From NCBI RefSeq assembly GCF_009914755.1, contig NC_060925.1: a stretch of DNA of 64,000 nucleotides; one strand, written 5' to 3'. Shown one piece after another: positions 42,379 to 54,899 of the stretch. The position numbers were made by a program, and so were the translations under genes. Each line of letters opens with the position of its first letter. Position 1 is the stretch's first letter. Below the pieces are notes generated by a model. The model was not told the origin of the DNA and did not search any database. It saw nothing but the letters and a program-made list of their open reading frames with translations. This DNA is from the human T2T-CHM13v2.0 reference genome, Homo sapiens.

Positions 42379-44169
42379 TAAAGAAACTGAGCAAGTATTT
42401 ACATTCATACATGAAAAAAGATTTTGCTCATCAAATACACAAAGATAAAACTCCTTACTTTGAGTGGTCCATTATAAACAAGTTTAAGAAATAAACAAAA
42501 CAAAACCTACTTATTTTTCCTTTAATCTTAAGAGAAATTTTTAAAAGCCCTTCTTTGGGAGTGTAAAGAAAGTAATGCTCACTTTATTTTTAGATTTTCG
42601 TGAAAGGATTTGGGTTGCTCTGATTCTTAATTTGCATGAATGGAAAATGCATTTAGATAATTGTTAAATGTATTAAATCCACCTATCACAAGTGGGCCCA
42701 GTTTTCAGAGATAATGAAACATTCCAGAGAGCAAATAATGAGATGAATGTGTGCTTCTTAAATAAAACTAACAAGGCTCATAAAGGGGTCAGCTTGGTAG
42801 AGTTGTAAGATGCCTCATCAGGATGGCCATGATTTCTCTCTCATTTATTTCTCTCATCAGAATTACTGTATAATTATACATTATCAGTTCAAAGGAATAC
42901 ATTAGAAATGCTAAAGGAAACAGACTTCTTTCCTTAAAAACAATGACCAAGTAACATAATAATCTTCTCAGTATTTCAATTAATAATCAAGAAATTTTGT
43001 TGAAATCCAAAGGATTTGCAAGAATGAGGTGAGATGTCAGAAGAGATGTGGGTGGGTAAGTAGCTCTCAGTGATTATATCCCAGTCCTTCCCAGCTATTT
43101 AATTTCTCCTTTTTGTAGCCCTTTTATGAAATAGCAAGCAGGGGGTATATGACTGTCAACATTGCTTTGACAACAGGACTGTAATCTAACAAAGACAAAA
43201 CAGTAATAAATTGTCCAAAGTTTGTTTGCAGTTATTGGAGGGATCAATTTGATGTCTTGGAGAATATCAGTGAAATTTTGTCTTCCACATTTTAAACTTA
43301 GGAGTTACATAAGAGCCTAAAGGTGAAAAGATTCTCTTTAGTGTTCTAAGTGTATGGGTTCTAAATAACCCCTGACTTCATTAAATTTTGCAATAAAATA
43401 AAATAAATTGAGGTTAATAAAAGGGCCCATTAATACAATGGAAAAATGAATAAATTGAAGAATTGAAAAGTTTACTAAGAAAACAGCAATTAGTAGCACT
43501 GGTATGTGATTGTGCCTATCAGGTATAATGATGACAGCATTTTAAATTTTGAAGGATTAACATATTAAAATGTAAGATAATCTAGCTGTTTTAACTACCT
43601 TGTCAATTATCCAGTTGTTGAAACTAGAAAATTTACAAATCAGATTTAGGCTTAAATCTTTCTTTCAGATTTGAGGAATGATTTTAGATTAGTGGCTTAA
43701 CTCAAGAAGTTCTGCTTGGCTGCTCTTGTAAATGTGGAATCTTCCAAATCACAAACTGTTTATGTTGTTTCATAATTCTGTAGGAAAAGAACTGCAGTTA
43801 TATAACTATATGAGAAACCATCCTACTTTTCATTTCTTCAGAAGACAGGAAACCTAAACAATTTCACATACTTTTTGTCATCTTAATTTATCCATTGACA
43901 ATAAGTGCATTTTCTGTCTTCTGGCTAAATGTAATTCTAAAGCCTTAGAACTAGATTCTTTTTTCTTAGCACAAAAGGCCATGTCACTTAGAACCCAATC
44001 ATTGAGAGCAGAGTGGATGTTGGATGTTACCTCCTAACCCCTGAGACTGATGAATCACAGTGAAGACAGCTTCCCTGTAGTCCATTATCTGCAATATAAC
44101 CATAACATAACAAAGGCAAAAAGGAACAATATATGTCATTTTCTTGGATAAAATATTGCAAGGTGTATC

Positions 44170-44191
44170 TTTTTTTTTTTTTTTTTTTTTT
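44170..44191. repeat. Poly(T)22
   Basis: Read directly from the sequence. Confidence 0.95.
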
Positions 44192-46016
44192 GCTACATTA
44201 CACAATCCACAAAAGAGGTGTGAATTTGGAGTGGTATTGTATTCCAAAGTATGCTAATGTATCAGCAATCAAGAAAAAAAGAAACGAGATTTTTTATTAT
44301 AATTACAACCAGTGCATGTTGGGATTCTCAAGTTGGAATGCACATTATGGAATAATAAAATAAAAAGTATTTCCTTTCATCATTACCATCAAAGCACACA
44401 GCCAAGAAATCTGCCATTAGATAAAAGATTAGCTGTGACACTGATTTCACTGTTTACATGATTAAGTGCCCTTGTGTGGTCTAATGTATGCTAGGAGATG
44501 CTTCAATTTCTGAAGGTGAGGCATTGAGAATACAATGTAACAGTGAGGAGGAAGATAAAAGCTTGTCTGTGACAGAAAATTTTGCAGGAAAAGAAACATC
44601 TGGTACTAACTATCATATTTATGAGACTAGAATCTATCCCTATGTACCTTGTGAAAATCATAAGAAAAATAAAATAGAGAATATCTTCAAATCTTTACTG
44701 GAAATATATTCTCTACATGAGCACAAAACAAATGTCAGTTTGTTTTTGCATTACTTAAAAGTATATTTTATTGATCACAGGCAGCAAACAAAATACAACA
44801 GTGTATTACTATTCCATTGCTTTGGTAACAAACGGCCAGAAACTTAATAGCATAAACAGAGCAAATTTATGCTACTGTAGTTCTAGAAGTTTACAATAAA
44901 AAATCAAGATGTCAGCTGGGTTGTGTTCCTTCTGAAATTTTCACAGGCAAATCAGTTTCTGTCCCTTTTTCAGCCTCTAGAGGCTGCCTGCATTCCTTGG
45001 ATCATAGCTCCCCCTTTTTATCCCTTCAACTTCTATTTGTCACATCTGCTATTTCTTATTCATCCTTTTGTCTCCTTCTTTTAAAGACCATTGTGATTAC
45101 ATTTAGGGCCCACCTGTATGATCTAAGATAATCTCCCTCCCTCAAAATCCTCAATTTAATCATACCTAGAAGGTCCCACTTGATGAATAAGGTAACATTT
45201 TCACAGATTTCAGAGATTAGAATGTAGTCATCTTTGCGGGGGTGAAGGTGAGTGGCATATTCAGCCTAGCACACACAGTGTGCCTTCTCTACTCCTAATA
45301 TTCACATCTACCCCAAATGCAAAATACATTCACCTATCTGAAGGTAACCAAAAGTCTCAAATCATCAATCACAGCATCAATTTGACTGCAAAATCTCATC
45401 TAAGTCTAATCAGTTTGAAAATCCCAAATCCCACCATTTTAAATGATCTAAATTAGTGTGAGATTCTGAATTTAATACATCTTGGAACAAAATTCTGCTT
45501 CGTCTGTAGATGTGTGAAACTAGAAAACAAGTTATTTACCTCTAAACTACAATGGTGACAGGCATAGCTTAACAATGATAAACATTCTCTTTCAAAAACA
45601 GAGAAAATGAAATGAAAAAATAAGTAGTAAGTCTTAAACAATATTAAAATCCAACTGGGCAAACTCGATTAGGTTTCAAAGCCTAGAATGATCTCCTCTT
45701 GCTTGGGGTTGTGCCTTTCTGGCTCTTGACTCCATGCTCTGGGCTCACAGCTCTTCCCTCTGGGCCTGTGGTTCCTTCCAATCTTTTTGTTTACATGAAG
45801 GATAGCACATATTTGCAATTGAGTAGTAGTATTAGTCTGTTTATTTTCTGTAGAATTTTGGAAGCCTGAAAGCACTCTTTATTTGATTCTCTGTGTATCT
45901 CCTTCCATCCAAGTTGACAGTATTTCTGCTGCAGTAACATTCCCAAATACCTATGGATCTTTTATGTATTCCTCACAGTCTCCATTTGAGAAAAGTCTCC
46001 TCTATAGATCTTTCTA

Positions 46017-47080
46017 TAGTAATCTCCCCTTAACTACTGAAGATACATTCCAAGACTCCCAGTGGATGCCTGAAACCTTAGGTAGTAACTGAATGCTGTA
46101 TATATGAGGTTTTATCCTATATAAATGTATCTATATGTGATATTCTGAAATGAATATTTGGTCTCTGTCCCTGTCTCCTGGCATACAACTCCTTAAATCC
46201 TTGGAATCTCCAAAGTGAGAAGTTTTTCTTTGGTTGCTAATGAGATGACTAATGTCTGGTAGCACCTAGGTAACCTTAGGATGGGGGCTGGTCACTGGAA
46301 AGTCCAAGGCATGATTAGAAGGTTGCAACTTTCAGCTCCACACCCCAAACTTAGAGGAGGGGGAAGGGTGGAAGGTTAAGTTGATCACAAATGGCCAATG
46401 GTTTAATCAACCATGCCTATGTAACAAAGTCTCCGTAAAAAAACAAAAGGATGTGGTTCTGGGAGCTTCTGGATGGCTAAACACATGAGGGATCCTGGAG
46501 AGCGACAGGCCCAGGAAGGACATGGAAGTTCTGCTCCCTTTCCTCCATACCTCACCCTAGGAATCTCTTCATCTGTACCCTTTGAAATATCCTTTTTAAT
46601 AAACCGGCAAACATAAGCATCTCCCTGAGTTCTGTATGTCACTGCAGCAAATTAATAAAACCCAAAGAGGGGGTCATGGGAACCCCAGCTTAAAATCATT
46701 TGGTCATAAGTTCCAGAGGCCCAGGTAGCTAATGTTAGAATTTAATTGGAGGATACCCAGCTAGTGTCCACCACAGAATTGATTGCTTTTTTGTTGTGGG
46801 GAGAAATACCCCACATTTGGTCACATAAATCTTCTGTGTTGATTGTGGTTGTGAGTGAGAGGGTAGAAAAACATGTTTTGAGTGTGTTTTCCTCTCTCAC
46901 AGACGATGATAAATTTTTATTTATAAATTAGACACAGTAAGAGATTAAAGATTATAGCAATATACTGTAATAAAGTTGATGTAACTGTGCTCTACCTCTC
47001 TTTTTCATGTTTTCTTACTATACTATATTATAGGTAACTAAAATTCTGGAAAGTAAAATTGTGTATAAGGGGGATTAATG
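46017..47080 (+). mobile_element. MER44 (Tigger7-derived) MITE split by MER21
   Basis: TA-flanked TIRs TAGTAATCTCCCCTTA...TAAGGGGGATTAATG; GATACATTCCAAGACTCCCAGTGGATGCCTGAAACC. Confidence 0.8.
46136..46903 (+). mobile_element. MER21-type solo LTR
   Basis: TGTGATATTCTGAAATGAATATTTGGTCT...TAATAAACCGGCAAACATAAG...GAGGGGGTCATGGGAACCCC. Confidence 0.8.
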
Positions 47081-48199
47081 TATTATATTCTGCTGAGATG
47101 GTTGAAAGGATCCATGAGTTACATGCCTAACCTCTTCGAAGAGCGTTCTGTGAGACTAAACCCTTTGACTTTTGGATCCACTGGAGGAACTGGCAAAAGG
47201 TTATCCAGCCAAACCTTTGATTTTATCTCCGGAGCATGCTTTCTGACAGTGCAACTTCTCATTTTAGCATCTTTGGCAATAGAGATAGGCTAAGAGTTTT
47301 TCAAATCAAGTCCTGGTTCCTTTTTGCTTAACAGTTGCTCAACTTATATTTCCTCTTGCATTTCACTATAAGCAGCAAGAAAAAGAATCAAGGGGCATCT
47401 TTAACATTTTGCTTTGAGATCATCTCAGCTCAATGTGCAAGTTCATCTTCTATAAATTTTGCCTTCTATCTAAGTGTAGGATGTAATTCAACTAAGTTTG
47501 CTGCTGCTGTATAATAAGGATCTCCTTTCCTCCAGTTTCCAATAGCATGATCTTCATTTCCTTCTGAACACTCAAAAGAAGCAACTTTAATGTTAATATA
47601 TCTATATACATTCTTTTTATGATTATTTAGGTATTCTCTAAAATAAAATAGGTTTTTTTCTCTTGTACTTCTCATTTCTTTTGGAGCCTCACCAGCAGCG
47701 ACTTCAATATTCTTATTTCTATGAACAGTCTGTTCAAAGCAACCTAGGGTTTTTCTACCATGCTCCTTGAAATTCTTCCAGCCTCTTCCCCTTATACAAT
47801 TCCAAAACCATTTCTCCACTTTTAGATATTTGCAAATCCACTTCCAGGTACCCAAATATGTATTAATTTCCTATGGCTGCCATAATAAATTATCACAAAC
47901 TAACTGACTTAAAACCACGCAAATTTTTCTTACAGTTCTGGAGGTCAGAAATCTAACTCAAATTCCTGGCAGGGCTGAATTCTTTCTAGAGGTGCTAGAG
48001 TTTGAATGTTTGTGTCCCTTCCAAAATTCATATTAGAACTTAATCTCCAGTGCAACAGTATTAAGAAATAGAGCTCTCAGGAGGATGTTATCATATTCAC
48101 AGTTTCTGGCATTAGGATGTAAATATCCTGGATGATGGTAGGTATTCAGCCTAACACAAATAGCTGATGATAAATGCTAAGTAGTAAAATTGTATTTTT

Positions 48200-48505
48200 G
48201 TTCATTCATCAGTTATTCCTTACTAATTATCGGTCCCTTCTACATGGACAATGCTGTGCTTAATGCTATAGATACAGGGAGAAAAAACACAATTCCTATC
48301 CTGAGACATCCAGTGTCTGAGTTAGAGAAAGGCAAGACAAAAATTTAAAATATAGGGAATGAATGGGAAAACATTTAATTCAGACTAAGGAAAAAGGATG
48401 GACCAGGAAAATGTTCCCACAAAGGATCAGGACTAATGTGCAAAAAGTTAGAATCAAACTATGAAGCACGGGGTAAATTCAGGCAAAAGCAACAGAATGA
48501 GAAAG
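48200..48505 (-). mobile_element. L2 3' fragment
   Basis: TTCATTCATCAG...GCTGTGCTTAATGCTATAGATACAG. Confidence 0.5.
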
Positions 48506-50074
48506 AAGTCTTCTTTACATTTTTAATCTCATGTTTTACTATTCCAAAAAAAAACATGATTGAATGCTATAATACATCTTGACAGCCATATCCTTTTCCC
48601 CCATTGATCTCTTATGTTCAGTTTTGAAACAGAAATGTGTACCATTTCCTGTTCCCATTCATGGTTTCTTAGGCCATAAATAGATAAAAGGATCACTAAG
48701 CTTTTGCTAGATAATAATTACTCAGATTGTCTCATGTGTTGAAACTAAGAGAAGCACAAACTGAGATTAGTTGAAAGTAGGCACTGGGGCTGAAATGCCG
48801 TGCCATAAAACACTGCTACATAAGAATCTCCTTTAGAGCTGTCTATACATACAGATTTAGAATATCGTGGCGCAGTATTGTACCTTCTTGCATTCTCGCA
48901 TAAAAATAAACACAAATCACTACAGAGCAAAATTAAAACCCATAAATAGCATTTTCTATAAAACTAGATGACAAGACATCTCCACAAACCCAAATATATC
49001 AGCAGATGGGGACAAACTGCCAGCAGCTACAAGAACTGCATACTATTCACAAGGGGGTGATAGAAGCAATGGGATATTGGACAGACCCAAGAACAAGAGG
49101 ATACCAAATAGCCAACAGATATTCCCTGGAACAAGTAGCAGGTCAATTTGAGAATAACAGCTAAAACTGAGGGGTTTTATTTTTTGGTTTTTGCTTTTTT
49201 TCCCTTATAGAAGCCAGTGAGTGAAATCAAGGGATACAAAAGATGGTCTGAGGGAGCTGAAGCAGATTGTCTCTTATTAACTCTCAAACTGACCCACTAG
49301 AGCTCTCTCTAGAGCAGTAATCCACATTAAGGAATAATTACTGACAGTGGAACCAAAATTGATCTATGCAGAACAGCAAATGTGAAGGAAGGAAAGAATT
49401 ATGTGGAAAAAAACTGACAGAACCATAAAATCCCCTAAAACAAGCTACTATGTATATATTGAACACTAAATACACACACAGATGAAAAAGCTCAGTGAAG
49501 TGAGACAAGCTGCTTAAACCGAGAACCTTCCTAAAACTTCAGGAAAACTAACTTCACAAAAAGAAGAACTAAATAAAGTATATGTGTTAAATTCCACACA
49601 AACCTCCACAGTTTACAAGAGGATTACATGGGAAATTCATTAAAAATACTGATGTCTGCCCTTTTCCCAGGAGGTTTTGGCTATCAATTACTCACTGCAA
49701 CATCTGTTGCAATATCTCCCCTATCAAAATTCAAATTTTTGGGGGGATGTCCAAATCCTATTATTTCCTTTATTAGATAAATATTCCAGTATTCCCTATA
49801 TTAAATAATATCAACACAAGCCTTTAACCAGACGTGTTATATAAGTATTTTATGAGTTTAATTGTCAGAAGGTAGTTACTTTTTTAGTAAAAGTTCGTTG
49901 CATCCTACCGCATTTATACATATCCTTCTTTACTCCCAAACATATCCTGGTCTATTTTAGCAGGAAAGAGTAGAAACAAAAAACCAAGGTTAAATCAGGT
50001 CTAGATTACATAGTGAATGAAGTGTATTTTTAAACACATTAAAAAGGCTAGCAGTGAATTTAAATACACTTATA

Positions 50075-51184
50075 CAGCCCTCCCTTAGCACCATGTGGAA
50101 TTGGTTCCAGGACTTCCCAAGGATACCAAAGTCCATGGATTCTCAAGTCAATGACATAAAATTGCGTAGTATTTGCACATAACCTATGCACATCCTCCTG
50201 TTTACGTTATTTTATTTTATTTTATTTTTATACTTTAAGTTCTAGGGTACATGTGCACAATGTGCAGGTTTGTTACATTTGTATACATGTGTCATGTTGG
50301 TGTGCTGCACCCATTAACTCATCATTTACATTAGCTATATCTCCTAATGCTATCCCTCCCCCATCTCCCTACCCCACGACAGGCCCCGGTGTGTGATGTT
50401 CCCTTTCCTGTGTCGAAGTGTTCTCATTGTTCAGTTCCCACCTATGAGTGAGAACATGCGGTGTTTGGTTTTCTGTCCTTGCGATACTTTGCTGAGAATG
50501 ATGGTTTCCAGCTTCATCCATGTCCCTACAAAGGACATGAACTCATCCTTTTTTATGGCTGCATAGTATTCCATGGTGTATATGAGCCACATTTTCTTAA
50601 TCCAGTCTATCATTGATGGACATTTGGGTTGGTTCCAAGTCTTTGCTATTGTGAATAGTGCTGTAATACACATATGTGTTCATGTGTCTTTATAGCAGCA
50701 TGATTTATAATCCTTTGGGTATATACCCAGTAATGGGATGGCTAGGTCAAATGGTATTTCTAGTTCTAGATCCTTGAGGAATCGCCATACTGTCTTCCAC
50801 AATGGTTGAACTAGCTTACAGTCCCACCAACAGTGTAAAACTCTTCCTATTTCTCCACATCCTCTCCAGCACCTGTTGTTTCCTGACTTTTTAATGATCG
50901 CCATTCTAACTGGAGTGAGATGGTATCTCATTGTGGTTTTGATTTGCATTTCTCTGATGGCCAGTAATGATGAGCATTTTTTCATGTACTTTAGACCTAG
51001 ATTATTTATAATATTGAATTCAGTGTAAATACTATGTAAATAGTTGTTATACTGTATTATTTAGGGAATAATGACAAGAAAAAAGTCTAAACATGTTCAG
51101 TACAGACCAAATTTTAAAAAATATTTTCAATCTGTGATGGTTGAATCAACAGATGCAGAACCCAAAGATACAGAGGGACAACTG
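50075..51184 (+). mobile_element. MER2 (Tigger2-derived) split by an L1PA5-like insertion
   Basis: CAGCCCTCCCTTAG...ATTGGTTCCAGGAC...CATCCTCCTG | TACTTTAGA...GATACAGAGGGACAACTG. Confidence 0.85.
50207..50986 (-). mobile_element. 5'-truncated L1PA5-like LINE-1 (3' 780 bp)
   Basis: TCTAGGGTAC, CATTTACATTAG and CCCCACGACAGGCCCCGG diagnostics; ORF2 C-terminal fragments ([15 protein letters not shown]...RMFSLIGGN). Confidence 0.92.
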
Positions 51185-52661
51185 TTCTAGAAGAAACAGA
51201 GTGAAAAATATCATTTAAGGAACAGATATAAGAAAATACATTTAAAAATTGGTTAATCAAATATACTTTGACCAGAAAAAAAATAACAAAACATAAAATA
51301 AAGATAATTTCAATATTTGGTGTTTCAAAATTTCTGTAACAAATGGCCTGTAAAACTTATTTCCTATGTAACGACTAAAAGCATATCATCACTTTAAAAG
51401 ATTTTATTAAATTTTATGGCTTATATTTTTGGATTGTAGTTCAGCATGGTTTAGGTAGATTGGCCTGAATCATATATGAAAACCAATCTCAATATATTAA
51501 AATAAAGCATTAGGGAAATGGCAGGTCAAAATGTAACCAAAGAAGAACTTCATCTGCTATGGTATCAAACATGTTTGTTACAAGGGATATACTCAGTGTA
51601 GATGTGAAAACCAAATGATGATATGAAAAGCTTCCAACACTTAAATTATACACAACGGTTGATGTAACTAAGCATGACAAATACTCATAAATATATTCAA
51701 GAACTTGATGCATAAAATAGATTTTTTACTTTTGTGTTTCCTATATTATTGCATTCATTTTCATGAATACTCCTAGGATTTCTGCAATTGCTATAAACAA
51801 AGGAAAACACAGCTTTTGGAAGACTATGCTTTATTTCATGTCAGGTTTTTCTGTTATATTCAAAATAAATTTATAAAACACATATAATGATGAAATGAAT
51901 GGAATCTTGTTAGTATCAACTTATGGCAATTTTCAGTCCTAGCAACTGTGAAATCTATCACTCTTCTATGAAGACATTATCTACTATATTAATAAGTTAA
52001 ATGTATTATTATTTCATAATGATACCTATGGCTCATGTCATGCAGTTAGCCTATTAAGCCACTAAAATCACCTGCTTTACAACCTCAATATATAATTTGG
52101 AAATCTAAATAAGAATTAAGTTCAACATTGTCCAATTTTAAGACATCAATACTTTACAATGTGGTATATGGGTAATTAATCTAATATTTTGATCAATATT
52201 TGCAGGCTAACTTGACCACTTTGACAATAATTCTGAATGAGATTTGAGAATTTGCTTCCTTTTCTTTCTATTATTACTTTTCTATAATTTTGAACTGAAT
52301 GTTATTGTATTTATTGGTTTAGTTTTAATTTTATAAATTTGAGGTAGAAAGCTATGAGTTTAGTTTAATATGCTCTGAATTTAGAATTGATTTGTAACCA
52401 CATCAGATTGCTATTTGATTCTCCTCCAATATAAAAAATATTGATACAAGCTCTATATTTGAAAAAAAAAAAAACCTGGATCCTGAGCACTTTTAAACCT
52501 ATAGCTCATAGATATTTACATTTTTTGCCAATTGAAAGATATATTTGATGTATTTTATATAGTCAATTAATTGAATTTGAAAGCTTTCATTCTTATAGAG
52601 GTTTGAAACTGTTTTATTGTTCTACTTGTTATTTAGGTATCACCTTCTGTAATTTATTTAC

Positions 52662-54751
52662 TGTATTAATCTGTTTTAATGCGTCTGATAAAGACATACC
52701 TGAGACTGGGAAGAAAGAGAGGTTTAATGGACTTACAGTTCTATGTGTCTGGGGAGGCCTCACAATCATGGCAGAAGGCCAGGAGGAGCAAGTTATGTCT
52801 TCCATGGATGGCAGTAGGCAAAGAGAGAGCTTGTGCAAGGAAACTCCCATTTTTAAAACCCTCAGATCTTGTGAGAATCATTCCCATCACGAGAAGAGCA
52901 CAGGAAAGATCCACGCTCATAATTCTATCACCTCCCACTGGGTTCCTCCTATAACACATGGGAATTGTGGGAGTTACAATTCAAGATGAGATTTCAGTGG
53001 AAACACAGAGCCAAGCCGTGTTATTCTGCCCCTGCCCCTCCCAAATCTCATGTTCTCATATTTCAAAACCAGTCATGCCTTCCTAACAGTCCGTCAAAGT
53101 CTTAACTCGATTCAGCATTAACTCACAAGTCCATAGCCCAACATCTCATCTGAGACAAGGCAAGTCCTTTCCACCTATGAGCCTGTAAAATCAAAAGCAA
53201 GTTAGTTACTTTCCAGATACAATGGGTGTACAGGCATTGGGTACAGCCTCCCTCCCAGCTGTCTTCACATGCTGGCATTGTATGTTTGTGGCTTTTCCAG
53301 GTGCAAGGTGCAAGCTGTCAGTGGATCTACCATTTTGGGGTCTAGAGGATGGTGGCCTCTTCTCAAAGCTCCACTAGGCAGTGCCCTACTAGGGACTTTG
53401 TGTGGGGGCTCCCACCCCACATTTTCCTTCTGCACTGCCCTAGCAGAAGTTCTCCATGAGGACCCCGCTCCTACAGCAAATTTCTGCCTGGGCATCAAGG
53501 AGTTTTCATGCATCCTCTGAAATCCAGGCTGAGGTTCCCAAACCTCAATTCTTGACTTCTGTGTACTTGCAGGCTCAACACCTTGTGAAAGCTGCCAAGG
53601 CTTGGGGCTTCCACCCTCTGAAACCAAAGTCTGAGCTCTATACTGGCCCCTTTCAACCATGGCTGGAGCAGCTAGAGCACAGGGAAGCAAGTTCCTAGGC
53701 TACACACAGCATGGGGACACTGGGCCCAGAACATGAAACCACTTATTTCTCCTATGTCTCAGGGCCTGTGATGGGAGGCTCTCCCATGAAGGCCTCTGAC
53801 ATGTGCTGGAGATGTTTTCCCCATTGTTTTGGGGATTAACATTTGGCTCCTTATGCAAATTTCTGTAGCTGGCTTGAATTTCTCCCCAGAAAATGGAATT
53901 TCCTTTTCCATCACATTGTCAGGAGGCAAATTTTCCAGACTTTTATGCTGTACTTCCCTTATGAAGCTGCAGACCTTTGACAACACCCAAGTCACCTCTT
54001 GAAGACTTTGCTGCTTAGAAATTTCTTCCACCAGATACCCTAAATTATCTCTCTCAAGTTCTAAGTTCCACAGATCTCTAGGGCAGGGGCAAAATGCGGC
54101 TAGTCTCTTTGCTAAAACATAAGAAGAGTCACCTTTGCTCTAGTTCCCAAAAAGTTCCTTATTTCCACCTGAGACAAGCTCGGCCTGGACCTTATTGTTC
54201 ATATCACTATCAGCATTTTTGTCAAAGCCATTCAACAAGTCTCTAGGAAGTTCCAAACTTTCCCACATTTTCCCGTCTTTTTCTGAGTCCTCCAAATTGT
54301 TCCAACCTCTGCATGTTACCCAGTACCAAAGTCACTTCCACATTTTTTGGGTATCTTTTCAGCAACACCTCACTCTACTGGTAGCAATTTACTGTATTAG
54401 TTCATTTTTATGCTGCTGATAAAGACATACCTGAGACTGGGGAAAAAAAGAGGTTTAATGGACTTACAGTTCCACGTGGCTGGGGAGGCCTCACAATCAT
54501 AGTGGAAGGCAAGGAGGAGCAAGTCATGTCTTACATGGATGACAGAAGGCTAAGAGAGAGCTTGTGTAGGGAAACTCCCATTTTTAAAACCATCAGTTCT
54601 CCTGAGACTCATTTACTGTCATGAGAGTAGTGCAGGAAGGACCCATTCCCATAATTCAATCACCTCCCATGGGGTTCCTCCCATGACACATGGGAATTGC
54701 AGGAGTTAATTCAAGATGAGATTTGGGTGGTCATACAGCCAAACCATATCA
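52662..54751 (-). mobile_element. THE1A provirus (3' LTR 52662-53023, internal 53024-54392, 5' LTR 54393-54751)
   Basis: Two homologous LTRs of about 360 bp with GCAAAGAGAGAGCTTGTG..GGAAACTCCCATTTTTAAAACC; THE1 internal sequence with a deletion of about 200 bp. Confidence 0.92.
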
Positions 54752-54899
54752 ATGTATGTTACTGTATTACTGTCTCCTTCTTACTAGTATAATTATTTTA
54801 AAATGCATTACAAGTTTTGAAATACTAGAGTTCTACCTTTGAAAAAAGAAAGGTGAGATCTTTTCATAGTTTCCCTCTCACCTTCAGACATTTCCCATA

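Larger units (their letters stand above)
44802..48158 (-). mobile_element. MLT1C/D-type MaLR provirus (LTR 44802-45273, internal region, rearranged LTR 47859-48158)
   Basis: Two homologous LTRs (TGTATT...CAGCCTA.CACA); 5-bp TSD AACAG/AATAG; internal ORF remnant 47466-47855 (GRGWKNF...GNWRKGDPYY) resembles the MST internal ORF. Confidence 0.82.

Noticed and set aside
44488-44847. 119-aa plus-strand ORF
   Set aside because: AT-rich, runs into an MLT1 LTR, no recognisable protein similarity.
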